Shown: positions 19,612 to 28,856 of the stretch, one piece after another
How the letters are laid out: the number at the start of each line of letters is the position of its first letter
Numbering within the stretch: position 1 is the stretch's first letter
Assembly: GCA_018830005.1 (NCBI GenBank)
Contig: JAHJTE010000001.1
Span: 709,624-773,623, forward strand
DNA length: 64,000 bases
Direction of reading: 5' to 3'
Source: Candidatus Omnitrophota bacterium
Lineage (GTDB): Bacteria; Omnitrophota; Gorgyraeia; JAHJTE01
The notes under the pieces: model-generated
Database searches by the model: none
The model's input: only the letters and a program-made list of their open reading frames with translations
What the model was told of the DNA's origin: nothing
Made by a program: the position numbers and the translations under genes

Positions 19612-21057
19612 ATGAAAAAAAATAATAAAAAATCCAATTTATCCTCGAGAAGCTTAAAGGTAAAGCTTAAGTTGGCGTTTGCGCTATCTTCGGTTATCCC
19701 TATTTTGATTTTACTTAATATGCTAAACCCTAGCTTGTTTAGTTTTACTTTCAGGCTTAACGAGATACAGCCGATAACTATTAAGTTCTGGCCAATATTT
19801 ATAATTACTACAGTGATTGTAAGTCTGGGTTATTATATCTTGAAGCTGATAATCGATCCGGTAATTTCAATAAGTCGTGATGCCAAACATATAGCCCAGG
19901 GTGATTTCGAACGCGTAATTAAGGTCGGTGCTGACAGAGGGGATGAAATCGGAGATTTGAGCTTTGCCTTAGATAAGTTAACAACGCGAATTCGTAGTTC
20001 AATGCAAGAATTGAGCCAGTACGGCGAGAAGACCAAGAAGATAAATCTGGAGATTAATAAGCGCGTAGTGGTCTTGAGTAATCTCCTGCAGATAAGCACT
20101 TTAATCTCTCAAGGCGCAAACTTAAACGAAATACTACATTTAAGTGTAGATAGGATTATGGAGGTGGGTCAGTCAGAGATAGGTTTCCTGATGGTTAAAG
20201 AGCAGATGAAAAATGTATTGACGATGAGGTCTTTACGCGGCGTAGGCGCAGGGAGATTTGAAAATCTCGAAATCGCAATTGGCGAAAATCCTCTGGCGGA
20301 TTTAATCTATAGAAAAGAGGTTATAATCCTTGATCAAAACAACAAAGATACATCAAGAGAGGTTAACGCCTGGCAGGAAAAGTTTGCAATGCGCAATGCC
20401 GTCATAATACCTTTGTTTGTACGCGGCGATCCCTTGGGTATTATCTGTATTGCCAATAATAAAGAGAACTTTTCTTATACTTCTGACGATTTAGAAGTGA
20501 TTGAAATCTTCGTTAAACAGATAGCGATTGCGCTTGAGACAGATTTCTTACATTTCAGAGTCCAAAAATTAGAGGTAAAGGATGCCCTTACCGGACTTTA
20601 CAATGAAAGATTTGTAAAGGCACGTTTAGATGAAGAGATCAAGAGGGCAATTATTTACCAGAGGCCATGTGCCTTCCTCTTGTTCAATGTTGACAATTTC
20701 AAACGTTACTATACACTTTTTGGCGGCCTTGCCTCTGAGGCCGCACTTAAAAGGATTGCTCTCGTTCTGGAAGATAGTATTACTGATGTAGATAGGGTGG
20801 GGCGTTTTGGTGATAATGATTTTGCTGTAATTTTACCTGAGCGTAATAAAAAAGAGGCCAATAAGATTGCAGAAGATATAAGAAAGAAACTAGAGTTTGT
20901 TTTTAAAGAAGAACCAGACGCCAACAAGAGAATAACCTTAAGCGGTGGCGTAAGCGAAAATCCCATTGATGGCGTTTCTGCACAAGAGCTGGTTGTTAAA
21001 GCGCGGCAGATGCTGATGGAAGCAAAGGCAAGAGGCAAGAACCAGATAAAGGGTTAG
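19612..21057 (+). CDS. membrane HAMP-GAF protein with a degenerate GGDEF domain (GGEEF replaced by GDNDF, no RxxD I-site)
   Basis: Two TM helices and a HAMP region (DLSFALDKLTTRIRS), then a GAF-like region. The GGDEF fold is recognisable (LTGLYNERF...FNVDNFKRY...GRFGDNDFAVILPE) but the catalytic motif is altered. Confidence 0.8.
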   Translation: MKKNNKKSNLSSRSLKVKLKLAFALSSVIPILILLNMLNPSLFSFTFRLNEIQPITIKFWPIFIITTVIVSLGYYILKLIIDPVISISRDAKHIAQGDFERVIKVGADRGDEIGDLSFALDKLTTRIRSSMQELSQYGEKTKKINLEINKRVVVLSNLLQISTLISQGANLNEILHLSVDRIMEVGQSEIGFLMVKEQMKNVLTMRSLRGVGAGRFENLEIAIGENPLADLIYRKEVIILDQNNKDTSREVNAWQEKFAMRNAVIIPLFVRGDPLGIICIANNKENFSYTSDDLEVIEIFVKQIAIALETDFLHFRVQKLEVKDALTGLYNERFVKARLDEEIKRAIIYQRPCAFLLFNVDNFKRYYTLFGGLASEAALKRIALVLEDSITDVDRVGRFGDNDFAVILPERNKKEANKIAEDIRKKLEFVFKEEPDANKRITLSGGVSENPIDGVSAQELVVKARQMLMEAKARGKNQIKG

Positions 21058-21066
21058 AGTTTAACT

Positions 21067-21510
21067 ATGAGCGCATTTAAAAAAGTAATGGCAAAACAAT
21101 TAGGGGAGCTTCTGATTGAACGTGGAGTTATCGGGGCTAAACATCTTGAGAAGGCGCTTGAAGTTCAGAAGGAAAAAGGCGGTCTTATCGGGGAAATCCT
21201 TGTAGAATTAGGTTTTGCAAAGGAAGAGGATATAGCTCATGCATTAACTGCCCAGTACGGGTTTCCATACTTACCTTTAAAAAATTATGATATAGATTTA
21301 GAAATTGTCCGGATTATCCCTAAGAATGTAGCTATCCAGTACTGTCTTATTCCCATAGATAAGATCGGCACCTCGCTAACAGTTGCTATGTCTAATCCAT
21401 TAAATGTTCAGGCGATCGAGGATATAGAACTACTTACCAAGTGCAAGGTTCAGACTTTTGTAAGCACCCCTTCAGATATTAGAGAGACAATAAAGAAATA
21501 TTATAAATAA
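21067..21510 (+). CDS. stand-alone MshEN/T2SSE_N domain protein, a putative c-di-GMP receptor
   Basis: Two tandem copies of the MshEN-type motif, KQLGELLIERGVIGAKHLEKALEVQ and LIGEILVELGFAKEEDIAHALTAQ. No ATPase domain. Confidence 0.75.
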   Translation: MSAFKKVMAKQLGELLIERGVIGAKHLEKALEVQKEKGGLIGEILVELGFAKEEDIAHALTAQYGFPYLPLKNYDIDLEIVRIIPKNVAIQYCLIPIDKIGTSLTVAMSNPLNVQAIEDIELLTKCKVQTFVSTPSDIRETIKKYYK

Positions 21511-21558
21511 AACCCAATATTCCTCATCTTTGGTATTTATTTTTAATTTTTAATAACT

Positions 21559-23274
21559 ATGGTTTCTTTAAAAGAACGCCTTACAGAGATCCTGATTAAG
21601 AATAAAATCATCACGCGGGAGAACCTGGATAAGGCGATTGCAGTTCAGTCTAAAGAAGGCGGAAGGCTGAGCGATATCCTTGTGCGTTTAGGATATGTAG
21701 ACCAGAAAGACTTAGTTATTGCCTTAAGTGAAGGTTTGGGCCTGCCCCCGATTGACCTAAACCGTTTCAAGATTGAATCGGAAGTAACTAAACTTATCCC
21801 CCAGGAGACCGCAAGGCACTACCAGATAATCCCTGTATCAAAAATGGGTAATACGCTTACCTTGGCTATGGCCGATCCTCTCAACGTCTTTGCTATTGAT
21901 GCAGTCAAGACCTTGACAGGTTTTGATATAAATCCGATTATCGCAAAGCCGGAAGATGTGATGAATGCAATTACTCAATATTACGGAGAGGACTCTTACC
22001 AGGCTATAGAAGATATAATTGATGAAATGGGTAAAGATAGCGAGCTGGAAGTTATTAAGGATGAAAAGATAGATTATGCAGACGTGCAGGAATTGGCTCG
22101 TCTTACTCAAGAAGCCCCTGTAATTAAGATTACCAATCTTTTCCTAAAGCAGGGAATTGAAGCCAGGGCCTCGGATATATTAATTGAGCCGTTTGAGAAA
22201 AGTGTTCGCGTTAGGCTACGTGTTGATGGCATGTTAAAAGAGATTGAATCCCCGCCTAGATCTTTACATGCTTCCGTAGTCTCTAGGATTAAGGTAATGT
22301 CTGGAATGGATATAGCCGAACATAGGCTTCCTCAGGATGGAAGATTTAAGATCAAGCTAGAAGGCAAGGATGTTGATTTTCGTGTTTCAGTTTTGCCTTC
22401 TAGCTTTGGAGAAAAGGTTGCTTTGCGTATCCTGGATAAAACTACGGCAAAATTGGATATTACCCAACTTGGATTTGACAAGCATGCCGTGGAGGTTCTA
22501 AAAAAAAGTGCCCTTAAGCCGCATGGTATGATTCTTACCTGCGGCCCTACAGGAAGCGGTAAGACAACCACGTTATATTCTTTGCTTAAATTTATCGATG
22601 CCCCAGATAAGAACATTATTACAGTCGAAGACCCTGTAGAATACCAACTTCGCGGCATTAATCAGGTCACTGTAAATGTAGATATTGGACTTACATTTGC
22701 CAGTTGCCTGCGTTCTATCTTGCGGCAGGATCCTGACATTATTATGGTAGGTGAAATTCGCGATTTTGAAACAGTCGATATTTCAATTAAGGCCGCGTTA
22801 ACAGGCCATCTTGTTTTGAGTACGTTACATACTACTACAGCTCCTGGTTCTGTGATTCGGCTTGGAGATATGGGCGTAGAACCATTTTTAATTACCTCTA
22901 GTGTTATTGCTGTTATGTCCCAGAGGCTACTACGCAAGCTTTGCGAACGCTGTAAAGAAGAGATAGTAGTTAAAGAAGAGGTCTCCAAGAAGGTAGGCAT
23001 AAAGACAGGGACAAAGGTCTTTGCTGCAACGGCCTGCAAGAATTGTCTTAATACTGGTTATGCTGGCCGTTTAGGAATAATAGAGATTTTAGAATTAACC
23101 CCCAAGGTTAAAGAGTTGATACTTGGTCGGGTGCCGGAGGATGTGATTAAGAAAGCTGCTCGCGAGGAAGGGATGAAGACACTTCAGGAGGCTGGTATAG
23201 AAAAAGTTATCGAGGGCCTCACTTCTATAGACGAAGTTGTGCGCCTTACAGCGCCTGATAAAGAAATGGCATAA
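21559..23274 (+). CDS. pilB: type IV pilus assembly ATPase PilB/GspE (copy 1)
   Basis: A GspE-N domain, Walker A GPTGSGKTT, Asp and His boxes and a C4 Zn motif CERC...CKNC. Confidence 0.9.
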   Translation: MVSLKERLTEILIKNKIITRENLDKAIAVQSKEGGRLSDILVRLGYVDQKDLVIALSEGLGLPPIDLNRFKIESEVTKLIPQETARHYQIIPVSKMGNTLTLAMADPLNVFAIDAVKTLTGFDINPIIAKPEDVMNAITQYYGEDSYQAIEDIIDEMGKDSELEVIKDEKIDYADVQELARLTQEAPVIKITNLFLKQGIEARASDILIEPFEKSVRVRLRVDGMLKEIESPPRSLHASVVSRIKVMSGMDIAEHRLPQDGRFKIKLEGKDVDFRVSVLPSSFGEKVALRILDKTTAKLDITQLGFDKHAVEVLKKSALKPHGMILTCGPTGSGKTTTLYSLLKFIDAPDKNIITVEDPVEYQLRGINQVTVNVDIGLTFASCLRSILRQDPDIIMVGEIRDFETVDISIKAALTGHLVLSTLHTTTAPGSVIRLGDMGVEPFLITSSVIAVMSQRLLRKLCERCKEEIVVKEEVSKKVGIKTGTKVFAATACKNCLNTGYAGRLGIIEILELTPKVKELILGRVPEDVIKKAAREEGMKTLQEAGIEKVIEGLTSIDEVVRLTAPDKEMA

Positions 23275-23280
23275 ATTAAA

Positions 23281-24981
23281 ATGGCAACTTTAAGCAATAA
23301 GATATTAGAGATTTTAGTTAAGACAAAGCGCATCTCCCTTAAGCAGAAGCAGCAGGTTTTGTCTTTAAAGAAGCAAAAGGATTCATCAATCAAAGATATC
23401 CTTATTAATGAGGGTTTTATTTCTAATAAGGAGTTGTTAGCAGTTCTTTCAGAAGAATTTAGATTACCGCCTTTAGATCTATCTAAATATAAAATTGATG
23501 CGGAGATAATCAAGATTATTCCCGAACGCCTGGCTCGCCAGCATCATCTTATCTGCGTTTCTCAGATTGGCTCTACGATTACTGTGGCAATGAGTGATCC
23601 TTTAAATATATTCGCGCTTGATGATTTGCGGATTTTGACAAAAAAGGAAATTGATCCTGTAATATCAACTGAAAGCGATATAAACAAAGCTATTGAAAAA
23701 TATTATTGCGGGGACGTGGTTGCTATTTCTTCTTTGCTTGATGAGGGAGATAAAACAGCAGAGGTATTAAGTGTTGATGGCGAACAATCAAATATATCAG
23801 CTGTTATCGAAGAGAGCCAAAAGGCCCCGATTGTAAAAGTCGTTGATTTGATTATTGCCGAGGCCCTTTATAAACGGGCTTCTGATATTCATGTTGAGCC
23901 GGCTGAAGAAGGTTTACGAGTGCGTTACCGCATAGATGGCAATCTGTATGACACTCTTACATTACCGAAAAGCAATCAAAATGCTATTTTAGCGCGACTT
24001 AAGATTATGAGCGGTTTAGACATAACCGAATCAAGGCTTCCGCAAGACGGACGCTTTAAGATTAGGTTGGAATCAAAGGAGATAGACTTTCGTGTTTCTG
24101 CACTGCCGACGACATTTGGTCAAAAGTTCGTTCTGAGGGCATTGGATAAATCAAGTCTTTCTATGGGGTTGGATAAGCTTGGTTTCTTTCCAGAGAGATT
24201 GGCGCTGTTTAAACAGGCGATAGCAAAGCCTTATGGAATGATTTTAGTTACAGGGCCAACAGGAAGCGGGAAATCTACAACCCTTTATTCTATATTGAAT
24301 CGATTGAATACGATGGAAAAAAACATAATTACTGTTGAAGACCCTGTTGAGTATCAGATTGAGGGCATCACCCAGATACATGTAAAACCTGAGATTGGCC
24401 TTACCTTTGCTGCTGGATTACGTTCCATACTGCGTCAAAGTCCGGATATCATTATGATTGGTGAGATTCGCGATTCCGAGACAGCAGATATAGCTGTGCG
24501 TGCTTCTCTAATTGGGCAGTTAGTTTTTTCTACCTTGCACACAAATGATGCTGCTGGCGCAATCACACGTTTAATTGATATGGGGGTTGAGCCATTTCTT
24601 GTTGCCTCTTCAATTATTATGACCTGTGCACAGAGGCTTTGTCGTAAAATATGTAATGCCTGCAAAGAGCCAGTCGAAATCCCGGACAGTATCCTTAAAA
24701 AATTAACTCTAAGGCCAACCAAGACAGATACCTTTTATGCAGGACGCGGCTGTAACCACTGCAACAATACTGGTTATTTTGGCAGATTGGCAGCTTTAGA
24801 AGTCTTGATGATTGACGATAATATATGCAGGATGATTTTAAAAAAATCTTCTAGTGATCAGATTAAGGAATATGCAATTAAAAATAATGGCATGCAGACA
24901 ATCTGGGATGATATGATGCGTAAGCTTAAAATGGGTGCTACTACTTACGAGGAAGTTTTACGCGTAGCGATTGATACATAA
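23281..24981 (+). CDS. pilB: type IV pilus assembly ATPase PilB/GspE (copy 2, tandem paralogue)
   Basis: Same architecture as copy 1. Walker A GPTGSGKST, C4 motif CRKICNAC...CNHC. Confidence 0.9.
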   Translation: MATLSNKILEILVKTKRISLKQKQQVLSLKKQKDSSIKDILINEGFISNKELLAVLSEEFRLPPLDLSKYKIDAEIIKIIPERLARQHHLICVSQIGSTITVAMSDPLNIFALDDLRILTKKEIDPVISTESDINKAIEKYYCGDVVAISSLLDEGDKTAEVLSVDGEQSNISAVIEESQKAPIVKVVDLIIAEALYKRASDIHVEPAEEGLRVRYRIDGNLYDTLTLPKSNQNAILARLKIMSGLDITESRLPQDGRFKIRLESKEIDFRVSALPTTFGQKFVLRALDKSSLSMGLDKLGFFPERLALFKQAIAKPYGMILVTGPTGSGKSTTLYSILNRLNTMEKNIITVEDPVEYQIEGITQIHVKPEIGLTFAAGLRSILRQSPDIIMIGEIRDSETADIAVRASLIGQLVFSTLHTNDAAGAITRLIDMGVEPFLVASSIIMTCAQRLCRKICNACKEPVEIPDSILKKLTLRPTKTDTFYAGRGCNHCNNTGYFGRLAALEVLMIDDNICRMILKKSSSDQIKEYAIKNNGMQTIWDDMMRKLKMGATTYEEVLRVAIDT

Positions 24982-25001
24982 ATTTTTAAAGGGGAGATAA
25001 A

Positions 25002-26201
25002 ATGACAGTTTTCAAATATACGGCGAAAAATAGATCAGGTAAAAAGATCTCAGGCATGCTAGAAGCTGATAATCAGAATCTGGCTATTGAGACTTTGCGT
25101 AAGAAAGAATTAATACCTATTAGCCTATCGGAAGAGAAGGCAAAACGGCGTGTTAGTGGGCGCAAGGTTAAATTGGATGATCTTGTTATTTTTTCTCGTC
25201 AGCTGGCTACGATGGTTGATTCAGGAATTCCCCTTGTTCAGGCATTAAGCATTCTAGGAGAGCAGGTGCAAAAGGAAAATTTCCGGCAGGTGATTTTAAG
25301 GATACGTCAAGATATCGAAGAAGGTGCAGGTTTTTGTGATGCCCTGGCTAAGCACACAGCAGTATTTTCTCCGCTTTACATTAATATGGTAAAGGCAGGA
25401 GAAGCAAGTGGTTTATTGAATGAGATATTAGATAGGTTAGCTAATTATTTAGAAAAGGCAAGCGCCTTGCAGAGAAAGGTAAAATCTTCCTTGACCTATC
25501 CAATCGTGGTAATTGCCATGGCCTTAATTATTACTATCTTTTTGCTGGTTAAGGTTGTTCCAACATTTAGAGGTATATTTGATATGCTTGGCGGTACCTT
25601 GCCTTTACCTACGCGGATCTTGATTGGTTTCAGCGATATGTTGCGGCATTCATTCTTGTATATTGTAATTTTCTTAGTTGGTGTAGTATTCCTGCTTAAG
25701 AAATGGTCAAAGACTCCAAGGGGGAGAAGGACCATTGATTATTACCTACTCAAGCTTCCTGTCTTTGGCCCACTTTTAAAGAAAGTAGCAATAGCTAAGT
25801 TCAGCCGGACACTTTCTACGTTAGTAAGAAGCGGCGTTCCTATCTTAGGTTCCTTAGAGATTGTAGGCAAGACAGCAGGCAATAAAATAGTTGAAGAGGC
25901 ATTAGATAACGCGCGCAAGTCTATTAAAGAAGGTGAGCCTATTTCCGGCCCCTTGAGTGAAAGCGATGCGTTTCCGCCTATGGTAGTAAGGATGATTGCT
26001 GTAGGCGAACAGACAGGCGAGTTGGAGAAGATGTTAAGCAAGATCGCTGACTTTTATGATGAGCAGGTTGATGCCACAGTAAGTTCTATGACAAGTTTAA
26101 TTGAGCCAATGGTCATCGCCTTTTTAGGTGTTATTATCGGTGGCATTGTAGTCTCATTATTCTTGCCCATATTTAAGATTACGGAACTATTGGGAAGATG
26201 A
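25002..26201 (+). CDS. pilC: type IV pilus platform protein PilC (GspF family)
   Basis: Two GspF repeats and three TM helices. It follows the pilB genes. Confidence 0.9.
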   Translation: MTVFKYTAKNRSGKKISGMLEADNQNLAIETLRKKELIPISLSEEKAKRRVSGRKVKLDDLVIFSRQLATMVDSGIPLVQALSILGEQVQKENFRQVILRIRQDIEEGAGFCDALAKHTAVFSPLYINMVKAGEASGLLNEILDRLANYLEKASALQRKVKSSLTYPIVVIAMALIITIFLLVKVVPTFRGIFDMLGGTLPLPTRILIGFSDMLRHSFLYIVIFLVGVVFLLKKWSKTPRGRRTIDYYLLKLPVFGPLLKKVAIAKFSRTLSTLVRSGVPILGSLEIVGKTAGNKIVEEALDNARKSIKEGEPISGPLSESDAFPPMVVRMIAVGEQTGELEKMLSKIADFYDEQVDATVSSMTSLIEPMVIAFLGVIIGGIVVSLFLPIFKITELLGR

Positions 26202-26275
26202 GGTGTTTTTAGATCAGGGCTACAGGAATAATTTTTTAACCTAACTCTTTCATTATTAATTTGTTAAGAAAATTC

Positions 26276-26305
26276 TTGACTTTGTAATAGTTAGGTGTCT
26301 ATAAT
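26276..26305 (+). promoter_or_regulatory. sigma70-type promoter TTGACT-N18-TATAAT for the riboswitch-pilA transcript
   Basis: TTGACT at 26276-26281, TATAAT at 26300-26305, about 50 nt upstream of the GEMM element. Confidence 0.5.
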
Positions 26306-26352
26306 ATATTTTACAGGGCCTAATTTTTATGGTATACTTGAGGTAACATTGA

Positions 26353-26468
26353 AAAAGGCAAACCAGTCGTAAGGCTGGGACGCAAAGCTAAAGGGCCTTG
26401 TGAAAGGGTAGCCAGTTACCAATGAGAATAACCTATTTCAGGTGACTGGAATAGGTTTTATTTTTTTG
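26353..26468 (+). ncRNA. c-di-GMP-I (GEMM) riboswitch-like leader with a terminator expression platform (copy 1)
   Basis: GGCAAACC-AGTC-GTAA(GNRA)-GGCTGG-GACGCAAAGC-TAAAGGGCC matches the GEMM core (Vc2: GGCAAACCAUUCGAAAGAGUGGGACGCAAAGCC). It is followed by hairpin CCTATT...AATAGG plus a T-run at 26430-26468. Confidence 0.8.
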
Positions 26469-26578
26469 GCCGGGACTAATAAATGTCAAGCCAGAGGAAA
26501 ACGAAATTATTATTATTTTTCTAGAAACTGGGTTGATATGATAAGTTCAATCAAGGCCAAGAGAGGAGGTTGTTAATT

Positions 26579-27007
26579 ATGAGAAACAGATCAGGTTTTA
26601 CCTTGGTTGAAATCATGATTGTTGTTGCTATTATTGCTTTATTGGCAGCCATAGCAATACCTAACCTGTTGCGTGCTCGTCTCAATGCTAACGAGTCTGC
26701 ATCGATTGCTGCTATGCAGACGCTTTCTACTGCAGCCCAGAGTTATCGTTCAGCTAATCCTAGTTATCCTACTAACTTAGCTGCTTTGTCTAACGCAACT
26801 CCACCTTATATTGATTCTGTATTAGCAGGTGGAACAAAATCAGGCTATGCATTTATTTTGACAGGTACCACAAATGCATTTACTGCAACTGCTGCTCCTA
26901 GCACTGTGGGCACTACGGGTAATAGATATTTCTTTGTTGATGAAAGTGGTGTTGTCAGGTATGCTAGTGGCGCTGCAGCTACATCTGCAAGCAGCCCAAT
27001 TGAATAA
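26579..27007 (+). CDS. pilA: type IV major pilin (PilA-like), leader MRNRSG followed by FTLVEIM
   Basis: GGAGG RBS 9 nt upstream of the ATG at 26579 (the track start at 26570 is a TTG). Class III signal peptide G|FTLVEIMIVVAIIALLAAIAIPNL, 142 aa, Ser/Thr-rich C-terminal tail. Confidence 0.85.
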   Translation: MRNRSGFTLVEIMIVVAIIALLAAIAIPNLLRARLNANESASIAAMQTLSTAAQSYRSANPSYPTNLAALSNATPPYIDSVLAGGTKSGYAFILTGTTNAFTATAAPSTVGTTGNRYFFVDESGVVRYASGAAATSASSPIE

Positions 27008-27035
27008 GGATTCAACTTAAGGATTTACGAGAAAA

Positions 27036-27066
27036 GGCGCTTCTTTTTAAGAGGCGCCTTTTTTCT
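27036..27066 (+). terminator. intrinsic terminator after pilA
   Basis: GGCGCTTCT-ttta-AGAGGCGCC hairpin followed by TTTTTTCT. Confidence 0.65.
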
Positions 27067-27086
27067 AACTAGATATCTTTAAAGGA

Positions 27087-28856
27087 ATGAAAAGATCACA
27101 ACAAATTATACTTATTATCCTTGTCGGTTTATTGTTTTATTTTAATAGTCTTTTTAATGGGCTTGTTTGGGATGATGAGTTTTTAATCAAGGACAACCCT
27201 TATATCAGAAGCATTCCGACTGCTTTTTCTTACGCCTTTTCTAATGATCTATTCCCGGGAGAGCTACTATTTAAGCGGACTAATTATTATCGGCCCCTGC
27301 AGACACTAAGTTACTCTCTAGATTTTTTTATCTGGAAAGATACGCCCTTTGGTTTTCATCTCGCTAATTTAATCCTGCATATTATTAATGCCCTTTTAAT
27401 ATATTTAATTATTTCCTGTCTTTATAATCTGCCTTTGGTTTCTTTTGTTTGTGCCTTATTCTTTGTAGCCCATCCTATTCATCATGAGGCAGTGAGCTAT
27501 ATCTCTGGCCGTGCAGATTTATTGGCAGCATTTTTTATCTTGAGCTCTTTTTATTGCTTCCTTAAATATAGACTCGAGAATATAGCTGTGCGGCGCAATT
27601 ATTTCCTTGTTTTATCATTTATTTGTTTCTTTTTAGCACTTCTTTCTAAGGAGTATGCACTTATCCTGCCTTTCCTATTTTTATCCTTTGATTTTTCTTT
27701 TCAAAAATTAAATAGAAAAAATCTAGGCCAATACGTTTTCTTCTTACCCCTGATATTCCTCTTTATCATGTTGCGACTTTCTGCTTTAGGATTGGATAAT
27801 TCATTGCTGGGCGGCAGATATGCACATTTACTTTGGCAGGAATTGCCGATTCGTTTTTTTGGTTTTATAAAAAGCATACCGCTTTACTTAGGTATTTTAA
27901 TTTTTCCGGTTGATTTGCATATGCGCAGAGCCTTTCCCAGACCTGCAGGCCTTTTCGATCCTTTAGTATGGATTGGTATTTTTATTTTGCTCAGTTGTTA
28001 CTTCATTTTTTATAAAAGGAGAAAACAGGAGCCGCTTTATTTATTTTTGTTTCTTTGGTTTTTGATTCCTGTAGTTTCTCAATCACAGCTAACGCTTTCC
28101 GGATTTGGCTTTGCCGAGCACTTTTTATACCTTGCCTCAATGGGCGTCTTCTTTGCTTTTGCAAAGGTTTTTGTGGGCCTTTTTCTTAAATTTAAAGCAA
28201 GGGCGCAAAAACAGAGATTTATCGTTACTATACTTTTAATCTTACTTAGTTTTTATGGCAGCTTGACGAGTGTCCATAATCTTAACTGGAAGGATAGTCT
28301 GACATTCTATAAGTGGACGCTGAAGTTTTCACCCGAGAGCATTAAGTTGCGCATAAATCTAGCCAGAGAGTATATTGCCCTAGGTAGGGATGATCTGGCC
28401 TTAGTTGAATTCTTACGTGCTAAAAAGTTATTAGAGCAAGTGGAGGTATCTAAATATAAAGATAAACCAATTTTAGATTGGACTCTGAATGAGGCGATAG
28501 TAGTCGGCTATTACAATGTGGCTGTGCTTCATGCCAGCCAGAAAGATTATACAAGGGCGGAGCAGGAATATCGGCTGTCCCTTGCGATTAAGCCAAATTT
28601 TAATAAGGCACGTAATAATCTAGCTGCCTTATTGACCAAGCTAGGCAGAGATAAAGAGGCGATAGAGCAATTGTCGCTTGTTTTGAGTTCTGATCCAGAA
28701 GATTTAAAGGCATATTATAATCTGGGCGCAATCTTAGCGAATCTAGGCGAAGATGAAAAGGCAAGGCAGGTCTGGCAAGATGGCTTAAAGATAGATCCGG
28801 ATGATGCCAAGATTGGCGATGCGCTTGCGAGGCTCCTGGAAGAGAAGAAGAGATGA
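27087..28856 (+). CDS. PMT/TMTC-like GT-C glycosyltransferase domain (DUF1736-like, NGLVWDDEF motif) fused to a C-terminal TPR array
   Basis: About 11 TM helices and an acidic DD(E/F) motif in the first periplasmic loop, as in protein O-mannosyltransferases. C-terminal TPR repeats (YYNVAVLHASQKDYTRAEQEYRLSLAIKPN...). Confidence 0.65.
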   Translation: MKRSQQIILIILVGLLFYFNSLFNGLVWDDEFLIKDNPYIRSIPTAFSYAFSNDLFPGELLFKRTNYYRPLQTLSYSLDFFIWKDTPFGFHLANLILHIINALLIYLIISCLYNLPLVSFVCALFFVAHPIHHEAVSYISGRADLLAAFFILSSFYCFLKYRLENIAVRRNYFLVLSFICFFLALLSKEYALILPFLFLSFDFSFQKLNRKNLGQYVFFLPLIFLFIMLRLSALGLDNSLLGGRYAHLLWQELPIRFFGFIKSIPLYLGILIFPVDLHMRRAFPRPAGLFDPLVWIGIFILLSCYFIFYKRRKQEPLYLFLFLWFLIPVVSQSQLTLSGFGFAEHFLYLASMGVFFAFAKVFVGLFLKFKARAQKQRFIVTILLILLSFYGSLTSVHNLNWKDSLTFYKWTLKFSPESIKLRINLAREYIALGRDDLALVEFLRAKKLLEQVEVSKYKDKPILDWTLNEAIVVGYYNVAVLHASQKDYTRAEQEYRLSLAIKPNFNKARNNLAALLTKLGRDKEAIEQLSLVLSSDPEDLKAYYNLGAILANLGEDEKARQVWQDGLKIDPDDAKIGDALARLLEEKKR

